Assembly (NCBI GenBank): GCA_028534125.1
Contig: CM052816.1
Location: 44,394,001 to 44,458,000, forward strand
Reading direction: 5' to 3'
DNA length: 64,000 nt
DNA from: Lama glama
Taxonomy: Eukaryota
In this document: one piece after another, positions 11,351-24,144 of the stretch
How positions within the stretch are numbered: the stretch's first letter is position 1
Layout of the letters: every line of letters starts with the position of its first letter
The notes under the pieces: model-generated
Told to the model about the DNA's origin: nothing
What the model saw: only the letters and a program-made list of their open reading frames with translations
Databases searched by the model: none
Position numbers and translations under genes: made by a program

Positions 11351-14319
11351 ATTCTTAGAAGTTCTCTTCCTCACTTCTTTTAGCAAGCGGTTACTGAGTA
11401 CCAAGTATCTGCAAGTCAAGAAAAAAGAATACCTAACATTTTTCCAGGTATTGTGAAAACTAAGAGCATGTGTAATATGGTGCTTCTCCCTTCAAGGTAT
11501 CTATAGTTATGATGTGTAAGGGTATTAGAAAATGTCCAATTTCTATGGAAATGAAAAGTAATTTATATGCATCTTATGTCATAATTGAACATCCTGGAAA
11601 ATGCACTTTATATGAGCGGTAATAGTATCACAGAAAAAAAAGAGCTATAAAGTAATACCCTTAAATATCTGTCATTTGTTGGCAGGAATAAAAAGATTTT
11701 CCCTGTGTATTCTACCTACAGATTTTTGTGCTCTAATAACCAGACAAAGCCACCCAGGACTTCCGACAGCCCGAGTCTCTCTGCACTATATCTGAATTTA
11801 TTACTCTCCATTTGTTATACTGTTAATAAAAACAGTATAAAATACTATCTTGTCACATTAAATCTGCAACAGAAATCTTGTTATATTTCAAGAAATGATT
11901 TAATATTTTATTATCTAAAATACTGGTGTAGAACGAGGTCTACCACCATTTCTGGGAGCTGCTAACTCAATATTGATTGCGCTAAAAGTTGCAACATTAA
12001 CGACATGGGGAAAGCTTTTCAACTTCTTATCCTACAAAGAGCACTGTGTGCTTAGGTGCCTGTAACTAAATCAGTACAACACAGCCAAGGCTCAGGACCC
12101 CATATAATATTTCCAAGTCACAAAGTAATACTTTTAGTGATCCAAAGAACTATAACTTTTTAAAAGCTGTTAATGTAAAGAACAATCTTAAAAAGCTAAA
12201 CAAAAAGAAAAAGAAAAAAGACAAAGAAAAAATAGAATGAAAGTAAAGAAGAAATCATATCCTTGACCATTTCTTCAAACAAGCATAAAAATGACAATAG
12301 TATAGTTACCTAGTTTGGAGACAGAAGAAAGCTGTTATATTTGTATTAAGCCATTAAATGATTAGTTATTGTTCCTTAGAATTTCTGTAGTTGAGACCAA
12401 TTGCAAGGTTTTATCTAGAATTAGAATAGGGTATTTTTTGTGTCATAAAAAGTCCTTTACTAAAAATACTCAAATATTACTGAAAGACTGATTTTCTACT
12501 ATTGTTATCAATACATCAAAATCTGTTAGATATTACACCATACTTGGTAGTCCTGTTTAAATTATATGGAATCAATGTTTAAAGTGAATGATATTCACAA
12601 TTTAAGAATTTTTATCTATCTTTATTAGACTTTCCTGATGGCAGAAAAGAAGCATTTGTTGTACAATATGCATGCATTCTGTAATATCACATGAGAAAAA
12701 TAAACTTCCCATATTTCTTTCCATCTTAAGTTAAATATATATGAATATTTCTAGCTGCAATTATTCCAATATGTAGAAAACCTCCAGAAATAAAAATTTC
12801 TAATTTTTAGAAAACATCTTGAAAATGTTCATTTTATCAGGGAGTGAGAGGAAAAAACCATTCCAGGAAAACTGTTCAATATTCAATTCCATAATATTTA
12901 TTTCATTTTTACATTAATTTTCTGCTCAACATCCTAAGGCTCTTACGTCATTTATTAAGCAAATTACAAAAAAAAAAAAGGACCCTGTAAATTATTACCA
13001 CTCCGTTTCAATCCTCATGTGAAGGTGGTGATAATATTAGAGATATAGATAGTATTTTTTGGAAACAAACCATGAGAGAGGAAGGAGGAAAAAAAGGAAA
13101 GAAGAGAAGAAAGGGACTTAATATCTAGAATTTCCTATGGGAGTGGTGGACATAACTGAGAAACAGCTTCGTTCACTTGGCAGGATATCACATACCTAGA
13201 TCCCTGCTAAAAGGGGAAAAGAAAAATCTACCCACACTATTTCCTCCAAGACAGGTTACCTCATCTAGAAAGCTCTGTGATTATTCTTAACACTGGTCAT
13301 CCGGTACAGAGGACACAACGACCTGAGTAGGTAAGTTATTAGCAGTATGAGACAGAGTGGCCTTCCGATTCTGTTGTAGTGTGATTAGAAAGAATTGGCT
13401 TCTAACTCCTTAGGAGTGTATGTGCCTGTGTGTATGTGTGTATGTGTGCAGTTAATGTGCTTCTGTTTCAAATGAACTACTCTATGCCAAGAAGGGAATG
13501 TGAAAATAAAATCTGGTACATCTGGGTCATTACAGAATTAAAATTTTATATACTCACCAAAGGTACATTAATAAATGTAGACTGTTAAAGCTTACAGTCT
13601 ATTTTTTCAAAGAAAAAAATGTGTGGTCAGTGTAAGCTATAACTTTTCTAGAGCTCACAGAGACACTGACTTTGTCCCTAAGTGTAGAGAAGGCATGATT
13701 GCTGTTCCTCCATCACCACCCTCCACAAATTCTGAGAGAAGTGAACATCTTTTACTCTAGTCTCTATTTTTTTGTTTTTTCCTAACAAGACTCAACATCT
13801 CCAAGTTTCTCCACAAAAGTTTATAGAAAGTGCACAGAAGAGGATTAGATCTAACCTACATCGGCCACTAGCTAATCAACCAGTTCACCACCTCATGATC
13901 ACCTGCAAACTGGCAGTCTATTTCCAGATTATTTTAATGGCCAAATTTGTCTTTGCCTCAAAGTGATAAAAGCCTTTCTCCAACTTTACAGATTATGCCT
14001 CAATTAGCCAACCAAGTTTTATACTGACATACATTTTTGTGTTTTCGAGTTTCTCATATCGTATCACTGAGATACCCAAAACGGAGTACGAAGGACGTTT
14101 TGAACCTCTGCTCAGCCTTGTTTCTGATCCCTGAAGGCTTGAGTACTTCACACAGGCTTCTGCACAGCCACTCGTCCCTGGGAAACTGCTGCAATGATTT
14201 CACACGTGCACTGTAGGCACCTAAGTGGACAAAGATCAAACTTTTCCCCACTCCCCATTTCAGGGAATTCTTGAAAATGGGAAATCATTTGTTTTTGAAG
14301 ATCTTTAAAAATGACCTGG

Positions 14320-14500
14320 GAGAAAGAGCATGGACTTTGAAGGCAGACAACTGTGGTAACAGTTTCAAGTCCTGCCACTTATTAGGGATTCTGAAGAAGA
14401 CACTTGACCTCTGTGGGTCTCAAATTATCTGTAAAATAATCATCATAAAATAATAATGATAGCTTCCTTTCCATACTGTTGTGAGGGCTTATGAAACACT
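14320..14500 (+). mobile_element. MIR SINE
   Basis: gaaagagcatggactttgaaggcagac...cacttgacctctg...tctgtaaaat...gttgtgaggg. Confidence 0.75.
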
Positions 14501-15164
14501 GTAGGTCAACAGGTCAAATACTGTGTCACAACACCCTCTGATGGATACAGTGTCCAAATCAGACCAAACAGTACCTATTTTACTGAACAACTAGGTGTCC
14601 ACCCTCTATTCTCTCTACAAGAAATGACCAACCATTAATTTCTACTTCACATCAAGGCCTCTGAGGTTGGCCTCTGAGTGATGAGCAGTAGTTTCCAAAT
14701 CAAAATGTCTCACTTAGCCAGTGGGGCCACACAGTATCTCAAATCCCAGTTAATCTAGCCACAAAATCCATGGATTCAACGAGAAAACCTTGGATGGCCT
14801 CTCACCAAATTGAAGGATAACAAAGACTTTTCTATATTCAAAACAGGCAAGTCTGTTTCTCAGAAGACTCCCTTAACATCAAGTAAAATTTTGCTAACAT
14901 TACCTTAGATTTTAAGATATGACTCCTCTGCATTCAATCAGCAACTCATAGCTCTTTTTGCATATTAAAAACTGTATTTTCCCTCTGGATCAAAGAGCTG
15001 CTCCCTGATAGTAACAAAAGATGAAGTGTTGCAGAAAAAATGATTTCCATCAGCCAAAATATCAAAGTCTTCATGCCTACCACTACACCAGAACATTTAG
15101 AAATAAAATGTTAAATGGTAGAAATCTAATATTCTTACTCTGTTCAATCTTCCCTTTGTCTAAA

Positions 15165-15625
15165 GTACCAGTTCTTAGCATGTGGTGAGAAAAATCTGCT
15201 GGGGTCCCCAGAAATTTATGGGCAGTCCATGACATCCTCCCTTTCTGACTGCATCTCTGTGTGAGAATGGATTTTCTTCAAATACTCCTACAAAAGCAAC
15301 ACGTCACACCAGGCTGACTGCAGAAGCAGATATGAGAGTCTAGCTGTTTTCTAATAAAACAGACATTAAAGAAATTGCAAAACTTTAAAACAATGCCACC
15401 CCTCTTGCTAATATATGACTTTGAAAAAATATTTTTTTAAATTTGTTAACAGGTAATAGGTTTATTATTGCTATTATAAATAAAAAGCACCTTTAAATTT
15501 TTGATTTAATCTTTAATTTGGTAAACAACAACATATATGTAACACGTAAACGTAAGTATTTGTGAGTATTCAATAATTGAAGTGTTTAAAGGGATCCTGA
15601 GTCCAAAAAATAAGAGTGCTCAGTC
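15165..15625. mobile_element. hAT-Charlie DNA transposon derivative (MER119/Charlie-like)
   Basis: tgcagaagcagatatgagagtctagctgttttct...agacattaaagaaattgcaaaa...aacaatgccac; ends aagggatcctgagtccaaaa. Confidence 0.7.
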
Positions 15626-16953
15626 TAATGCTTACATTCAATCTTTTTGTATTTCTCTTGCCAAAGGCTCACATCTTATTTAGACAATTATAATCCTAAT
15701 AGTAGCAACACTATCTAGAAGTACAGAAATTTATAGTTTTCAAATGCTTTTTATTTGCTTTATCTTATTAAAACCCACCTAGTCTATCAGATAAACATAG
15801 TTACCATTTGTCATTATTTTGACAGTGAAAAGATGATTTTTTTTTTCCAAAGTGGCTAGACTGCCAACTGGTAGGTAGTAGTATGGAAATGAAAACCAAA
15901 ATCTATTGACCTTTAAACTATAAAACCTCTAATTAAGCTTAAAACTTAGAAGTCAAACCACACAATTGTTCCTCATTCTGTGCACATGATTGCAGTTAAA
16001 TTTGCATCAACAAAGGCTAATCCTGAGGGGAAATCTACCAGCACATTCTTGTGTAAGGAATGTTTACTAACAAACAAAATACACTTCTAGGAAGACTGAA
16101 ATAACCCAAAGCTTTACACAGCAACCCTTAATGGGCTTTGTCATAAATATTATAGTCCAGTTTATTTATATTTGAGGAAAGTTTGCTAACCTTCACCCTT
16201 GTACCTCCATACTGCATCTTAGTTGCAGGCATAGCAAATGGTAACTGCTATATACTCCTACTGCTTAAACTGGTTTTCAACCTTAATATTCATGACAGAC
16301 TATCACTTGGTTTTAACATCCCACGGAGGTCTAAAAATCTTGAGTAATAATTCACAGAGTGACCTCATTTTCTACCTCTTGGTGGTTTAAATACTTAATT
16401 TTATAAGATAACTTCTAGAGAAGATAGCTCTGCTATTTTTGAGTAAATTTAATTTATTTACCAATAACATGGTTTCCCTGAAGATCTATTATTCCTGGGA
16501 GGTAAAGGCATAATATGATTTTGCTGCTCCATAATATAATGATAAATTGTCTACTTTCGGTATTTTTTACATTAGCTTTTCCTGAAGAACTTTTATATTT
16601 TAAATGATAATATTACTTCTTATTTCATATATATATATGGTGGGGGGTTGTATATATACATATTTATATATACATACATATGTGTATATATACAATGTTT
16701 TAGAAATATGCAGTGTTTCACAAAAATATTGACATCATCTCATGAAATTCCAACAAACTACTTTGAGAGAGAGTGGGTTACATATTGTCATTTTGAATTG
16801 TGATCTAGCTATTAAAGGTAGATTGTAGTATTTTTCTTGTTTCATTTGATAACTAGAATGTTCTAATATTAACATGTACGAGTACAGGGAGGCTTTGTAA
16901 TCTAGAGAATTATACTGTCCTACTGTGTTTTCTTGGTGATTTGTTTTTGGCTC

Positions 16954-17588
16954 TGTTAGGCAGTGAGATAGAAATGAACACCAGGCAAGGGGAGAGGAAG
17001 GGGGAAGGAGCAACCCAGAAAATAGCAGTACATCTGTGCTCAGAATAAGGGGCTCCAAAAACTTTCACTTTCTCTAGATAAAGGCCAGCAAGGAAGTTGA
17101 GTAGAATCAAACACTGCGGCTGCACAGTCAAGAGAAGGACCCGGCTTAACCTGACCCAGTGCTCATTATAATGTAATTAACATTACAGTTTGAGCCCCCT
17201 CCTGTAGGTTTCTCTGTGTGCATCATGGGTAAAAACATGCTTAAAAGAGATGCGCATGCTCAGGCACAGGAAACGTGAACTGTCAATCAGCCTGAGCACT
17301 CAAAGAACATGAGCTATGAATCAATGAATCAATCAATCAATCAGTCAATCAATCAGGAAAACGCCCCCTAAACCAGGATATAAAAACAGGGAAAACAAAG
17401 GAGTGGCACGACTTTTTTCTCTCTTGGATTGGCCCGCTCCCAATTCTCGGGAATGTATTAAATTTACTAACTTTTAACTTTGCTAATAAAATCTTGTTTA
17501 TATCATGCTTTCTGCCTCTCGTTCAAAATTCATTTTTGGGGGTGACTAAGAACTGAGGTAAATTTTTATTCCCCTCTTCCCAGTAACA
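16954..17588 (+). mobile_element. ERV1-like solo LTR (635 bp)
   Basis: Inverted termini TGTTA...TAACA; 4-bp TSD gctc/gctt; TATA-like ggatataaaa ~17376; AATAAA ~17485. Confidence 0.8.
17317..17355. repeat. (AATC)n microsatellite within the LTR
   Basis: tgaatcaatgaatcaatcaatcaatcagtcaatcaatca. Confidence 0.9.
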
Positions 17589-17849
17589 GCTTCATGACCT
17601 TCTTCTGACTTATTAAAGCCGGTCATGGGTCCTCTCAAAAATCTTTTTTGCTTTTTTCATAGAGTATCAGAAAAACTAGACAGGAATTTTGCTCATATTT
17701 CTTAAGACACAGCAAAATAGGTTAAGACAACTGAGCAATAATTGAATAGAATATGTTCAGACTGTTCACCTGGCTTTGTATTATTATCCTTATTCTGTTT
17801 TACTTTCCCATGCTGTGTCCAGTCCAAAAGCTAGTCCCTGTGGGCACTC

Positions 17850-18440
17850 AGGACATTTCCCTCAACTTCAATGCCACAAGACTAGTGAATTCCACCATTC
17901 ATCTCTGCCTATGGCAACAGCCTACTTCCTTGCTTATAGTTATACTTTTACAAAAATTTTTCCACAGGTTATCACTCACTGCTTAAAATAGTTTAGTCTT
18001 TTAAAAATTCCTTAATCTGACTTAAAATGATCTTTCTGATGCCAATCTGTTTTCTCTCAACTTCCACCTCTTTCCCATCATCCATTTTTCCAACTGCATT
18101 GGAATCTCTAGTCCTCCAAGATAATGTTTGCCATAGGATCTTTGTGCTAGCTTCTCATTTGTATAATATGCTCTCTTCACTGACTTCTGCTTAACTCGTT
18201 TACTGTGGCATTCACATTTCAACTGTCACCTTTTACTGATCACCTAATGTACAGTGGCCACATAATATAGTTGCATGGAATTTACCAGTTATCTGTTTTT
18301 TTTTTTTAATTCCCATCTCTTCCCACTAAAATATAAACACAATAAATGCTATCCTATTCTTTGTCATTTGGACTAGTGTCTGATATATAGTGGACAATAA
18401 ATGTTTGCACAATCAATGTTGTATAAATAATTAACAAACC
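17850..18440 (+). mobile_element. L2 LINE 3' fragment
   Basis: Pyrimidine-rich L2-like body ending ctagtgtctgatatatagtggacaataaatgtttg. Confidence 0.6.
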
Positions 18441-18762
18441 AAATAACTAAAAATCAATTGGCTTGAATATGTAGAAAAACATTTCTTAACAAATTTGCAT
18501 TTTTGACACTTTTTTTTTTTTTTAGCATTCAGGCTGATGAAAAGTGTTCCAAATTAGAATTTTTAAGTTTCTCCTAGGACTAAGCTTTGCTTTAAGGGGA
18601 AAATTTTTATTATAGTGCAATCTTCACTGCACTACAATTCTGAACAATTATCACCGGAGCCTCACTGAGCTGAGCAATTTAACTTATAGCCACAGAAAGT
18701 GATCCCTATATCTGATTCAGAACTGGAGGAAGAACATTCTCTTGTTATGAACAAAAAAATTT

Positions 18763-18835
18763 TCTAATGAATCATCAAGTCTAAATTGTACTATAATAGT
18801 CTAATGAATCATCATGTCTAAATTGTATTATAATA
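18763..18835. repeat. 37-bp tandem duplication (2 copies)
   Basis: tctaatgaatcatcaagtctaaattgtactataata / tctaatgaatcatcatgtctaaattgtattataata, 2 mismatches. Confidence 0.95.
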
Positions 18836-21489
18836 AAGTATTATCTTAGAATAGCTTTGTCAATTTGAACACACTAGTGAACAATCTTTGTATCACTGTG
18901 TCAGTGATACTGGTAGATATTAATATGTAATTATTTGAATCAAACTTTTGAAATAAGCATCTTTTAGCAATTTTTCAATGTTGCTATTTCACATTGAGTA
19001 CCAGATGTCAGAGAGCTGAAAACATGTTTATTTCGGTCTTTTGGTCCTTCAGGATTTTTCTGACTCAATACCATCCTCATCTTGCATGGATGTGTATTTA
19101 GCCTCATTGAGTTAACAGACTTTGAGGAGCAGCAATCTGCATACTTCTAAAAGAAATGATTTGGCCACCTGCACTTTTGGAAAATTGTAAAAAAGCTATA
19201 GAAAGCTTTCTAAGACAAGAATTATCAATAAATAATATTTTAAAGATTTTGGATCTCTGAGGAACATGGAGCTGCAAGTTTTTAAATTTAAAGAGAAATA
19301 GACATGAAGTGAGCTTGATGATTTACAAATCTGGAAGAAAAAAAGGCAGCAAAGTTTAATGTGATTGCTACTGCAGAAGAAATGGCATAATACATTTTTG
19401 CAATTGCCAAATAGCTTGTCCAAATTAGTTTGGATTGTAAATGTTTCTCTCTCTGCATCTCTTCATTTGTCTCTACATCCTCCATGCTCCTGCTGCACCC
19501 TACCCCTTCTCTTAGAAATTCTCAATGCATGTTAGCTATTAGACCTTCTAGAAGTTTTACATAAAGAAATTTAACTTTGTTACATTCATGCTTACTCTAC
19601 TGTGAGTCCTACTAACACATTTATGCAGAACACAACCTGGGAAACTATCGTGCATATGGTAATACTTGGTTAACAGGGATGCTACAGAATATGGGGAAGA
19701 CTATGACTAAACTAAAAAGTTACTCTCCCAAAGCCATCAGATGAAACTGAACAGAGCTTACCAGTTTACAGAGCTCATGAGAAGTAACTTTTAGGCATCT
19801 ACCTTAAAGTCTCTGTTACTTTGAGTTATAGATCTAAGTTATGAATATATTTTCATTTCCCAAACTGGAAGGCTTTCCATTTTGTATTTGTTTCTTTAAA
19901 CCTGGAGAAACTGTGATAATGACCTTAGGCAGAAAAAATAGGTTGATTAACTCTGGCTTAATCAGTTGTGTAAGAAACCCAAAGATATCTGCAAATTTAC
20001 ATTTTAAAATTACTTTTAATTTTTATTTTATTATGACAAGTGACTTCCAATTACTCCAAGCTTTCCAGAACCTCTTCTACTTCTATAAATACTAATTAAA
20101 TATGTATATTTGAATACATTTGTCATTTGACATGCAGATTTATCTTTCTATCAGCATGGTTTGGGGAAGATTTTTATTCTCAATAGTGACTGACTATTCA
20201 ATATAATTATGCATAAGTGTATACTTGAAAAAAAATAGTCTCCAAGTCTTACCAATGTTAATGTGATTTTTCTCTTCAGAATAAACTTTGCCTATACTGG
20301 TTAACCCTCTTGGCCTAATGTAGGAGTGTGAAGATCTATGTGAACACAGGAGAATAAAAATGGTTGTTTTATGATACAATTTTGAGCCTACTTTAGTTTT
20401 TATATCTAAACATATTATGATGTGAAAGTCACTTTCAAACTTCATTACTGTATTATTACTGATGAGTTATAATCATAAATTTGGGTTTTAAAAAAATTAT
20501 CAGTATAAAGAGACCATCAGCTGCCTTTAGTACAAAAATGTGACAAAACTCTGTGGCTAAGATTCATTTCTTTAAGATAGTGGGTCTCAAAAGTTTTTAC
20601 CTAAGTTAGGAAGGCAGAAAAATCTTACTTTCCATTGGAAAGATTAAAAATATCTGAGAAGATAAAGATAATCCATTTATGGCAAGGGATAATGCACGTA
20701 ATATTATTTGCTTTAGGGATAGGCTTATGATGATTCTCATTTGAACTGCACAGGTACCATATGTTTTATCACTGGTTCTCTAAATGCTGTGCTTGGACAA
20801 CATAAAATAGAATAGCTTGGGAATACTTATGTTACAAACAAGTTACAAGTCCAAGATCTAGACCTACTGAATGGCCTAGCATGAATATTAGAAAATAATC
20901 CTTTTATTGCAATTCATAAGTAAAGTTTGATAGACAAGCTCCAATTATGGTAATCTTACATAAGAAAATTACTATCTGTTAGTGGTTCCCAGAAGAAGGT
21001 GTTCACCCAAACATCAATCAACAAATGGATTGGATAATGATAAAGATAAATCTATAACAATCTGTAAGTATTTCCAAGAATAGCAGCTGTTCAAAACCAC
21101 AACACAATCAAGATAAGTCTGGTGATGTATTGATTATAAAAAGCCCTCCACAAAAGTTGCCAAAATTCTAATTATCTAAAAATGCACACATGCAGTAGAA
21201 CCTTTACTGTGTTGCCAAACATTGTGTGGTAGTGAGGCTTCTTCAAATCCTAACTCGGAGTTATGAACAAGTTTACTAAATTAGTAATTTAGTTTAATAT
21301 AACAAATATCAGCATTCCTTAAATCACTTATGTAGTAGGTATTAATAAGCAGCCATTAGTCATACACAATATTTCAGTTAAAAGTCTAATATGCTATACA
21401 AAGTTCCACTCAGAGAGAAAGGGATTTGCATTTTCTATCAGTCCTTTGGCCACCAAACTTAGTACAAGTCTAGTACACTTAGCATATAT

Positions 21490-21620
21490 CCTCCAGTCAC
21501 TAGTTTGGTAAGTGACTCTTGAAAAATTAACCCAGTTCTTAAACTCTAATTTCCTCATCAGTCCAGAGATGATAATATTAGTAGTTAAATCTATCTGCCA
21601 AGAGTTCTGTACAAAAAAAC
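21490..21620 (+). mobile_element. MIR fragment
   Basis: gtgactcttgaaaaattaac...tttcctcatcagt...gagatgataata. Confidence 0.55.
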
Positions 21621-21679
21621 CACAAAGTTGATGTGAAGATAAAAGTTGATGTGATTGTCATGATAAGTGATAAGGATAC

Positions 21680-22070
21680 TTAATTCATTTAGTTATTCAA
21701 CACTTACTGATCACATTTTAGTTTTATTGAAATCAAACTATCTTTTTAGTTACTTTCCATTCATTCAAGAGATAGGTATTAGATACCTATCACATGCCAG
21801 GTATTCTGCTTACTACAATAAATGAAGCCAAAGGTATGATCCTAAGGTCCCTTGGAATTATCAGTCTGGTGGGGGAGATACAGCATAATCATAAAATTAC
21901 AACCATGCTAAGTGCTATGAAATACTGTCACATGGCATGCTAAGCACATTCACCATGGAGGTTAGAATAAAATAAACCCAGATATGAAGCATAAATGAAA
22001 ATTAACTCAGGAAATTGAGGTGGTAAAGCATAGGAGTAGACAAAGAATTTCTAGAAAGTGAACAATGGTG
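21680..22070 (-). mobile_element. L2 3' fragment(s)
   Basis: cattcattcaa...acctatcacatgccagg...tcccttggaattatcagtctggtgggggagatac. Confidence 0.7.
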
Positions 22071-22559
22071 GGACTGTTCCTGAAAAGTCCAGACTGAGTA
22101 AATTATGACAAATTTTTGTTAAGATTTCATCAAATGATGGAATTAATTATCTATGGGCAAATTGGGAAGTTTTAAAGAATAAAATAATGTTTGATTTAAC
22201 ACTGCCATTTATAAATTTTATCTTTCAGTGTCCAAGTGGAGAAGACAATTGTATATTTAACATACGAAGAGCATCATCAAGCTGAATGTTAGTTTAGGTT
22301 GAATTTTAACTTCAAAAAAAGCAGCTAATTAAGTCATCATAGATAGGAGCAAACCTTTGATACTACTACATCACTTTCAATTGATAGCTCGGGAAATGCA
22401 AAAATTACTGTAGGTGTGGTGCAGAGTAAATATTAAAGAACTTGTATGGTCACTCAGATGGCAATGTTTTCTTACTTTAATGTCATGCATTTATTTTAAT
22501 TCAACTATCTTGGTTTGATAAGCTAGAAATTACTTTAAAGCTGATGCATTTATATATGT

Positions 22560-23255
22560 CATTTTGTTTGCTTATCAAGCATCTGGAACCTCTTTCCCCA
22601 CCTAATGAGGTAAATTCTCACCTCAGAAGCTGAAAACATCAGTTACATGTTTTCCTGCCTTTTTGTACACTAGGATGAGGCATATGACTCAGATTCCTCA
22701 AATTTGAGACTTCAAATGCAGCCTCAGCATCCTGAGAATCCTAAGAATGGTAATTGTACATCCTGTTTTACCTGAGACTGCATGGATTCATGCTTGTTGT
22801 CCTAGTTTAATTATTAATGCTATTAATAACCTCTTTAAGAATCCTAGTTTGGAAGATCGGCAGCATGACCCCCTTAATCATGTGGAATCTTCTCTGGTGA
22901 TAGTAGGTGCAGCAGGACTAAATTCAGAGCTCAGCCACAGCAACAGGTCTAGTTGTAATTTCTGGTGTCCTATGCTACAGGGAGACGGCCTTAGCTCTGA
23001 GCAGTTGGTGGTGGAAGCAGGGCTTCCTTGAGCGAGTCAATCCTTGAAAATGTTTGTCCATTAACACCCCCCAGACCGTACAATCCTCTTCTCCAGGCCT
23101 ACCGGTTGGGGAAGTAAACAACATAACAGTTTCTCTCTCCTTTCTTTCTGCTTTCCCTCCCTCCCTTTTTCTTTCATTTTTCATCCCTTTCAAGTTTACT
23201 TGGGACCTTTTCATAGTCAATTCTGCTGCCTGTAAAAGACCTGGATAGGCTACCC
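22560..23255 (+). mobile_element. Ancient ERVL LTR (LTR33/LTR41-like)
   Basis: cagaagctgaaaacatcag...ctaggatgaggcatatgactcag...ttctgctgcctgtaaaagac. Confidence 0.55.
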
Positions 23256-24144
23256 AGAAACAAATCATCATCTTGTTTAAAATGTAGGGTCATTTCCTTT
23301 TTCTTTTAACCACTGGGTCTTAGTCTCAAATTATGGAGCCACAGAAATAGTTTCTCAGTATTCTCCAATACAGTAATTAATTTTTGTGGTCTTTTGAATG
23401 TTTTAAAAAAAGAATAATTTGTTTATTTTTACAGCCTTCTATTATAGTTTAATTATAATACTACTTGATTAAAAATATCTGTGTCACAGCTTTATAATTA
23501 TTGCTATCTATAATAGTTCAAGGGAAAATGTTCAAAACAAGTATTTTCATGTATATAAAATTCATTTAGCGTTTATTGCTATAAACATTTTGCTAATGGG
23601 CAATTGATAAAATATTAGGATAATCATAATAAGTTATAATACCTATAAAATGGTAGATCCAATGATTAACAGCATATTTACTGTTTTTCAATATTTAATT
23701 GATTTCACATAAGTTCAAAGCTTGAGTTTCTTTGAATTAAAAACTGTTTTTGTTTTTGTTGAGAGATCAACATGATTCAATTCCAAAATTGTATAAGGGG
23801 AAGTTATGGTTTCAAACCCTAGTTTTTTAAAAAAAATCATTGTAATATATTGCACAACTCAAGGCATTGATATAAGAAGGACTGTGTTTCTTTTTCTAAC
23901 TGCAATCAGTAATGTCATGTGGGTAGCTTGAAATTGGCCATTAGTGGGAGGATTTTTAGTATGTAAATGAGCAAACTACAGATCTGGACTTCATTCTCCA
24001 CCCACCCTGCTCTCCCTGTTGGAGAACTGGTTGTTAAACCATTACCAATATACCCGATTTTAAGTTCCATAGGAAGATCCTCTCTTTTTCTTAATAGGAT
24101 AGACAGAGCATTCATCTGGATCTAATAAATAAAATAAATTTAAT

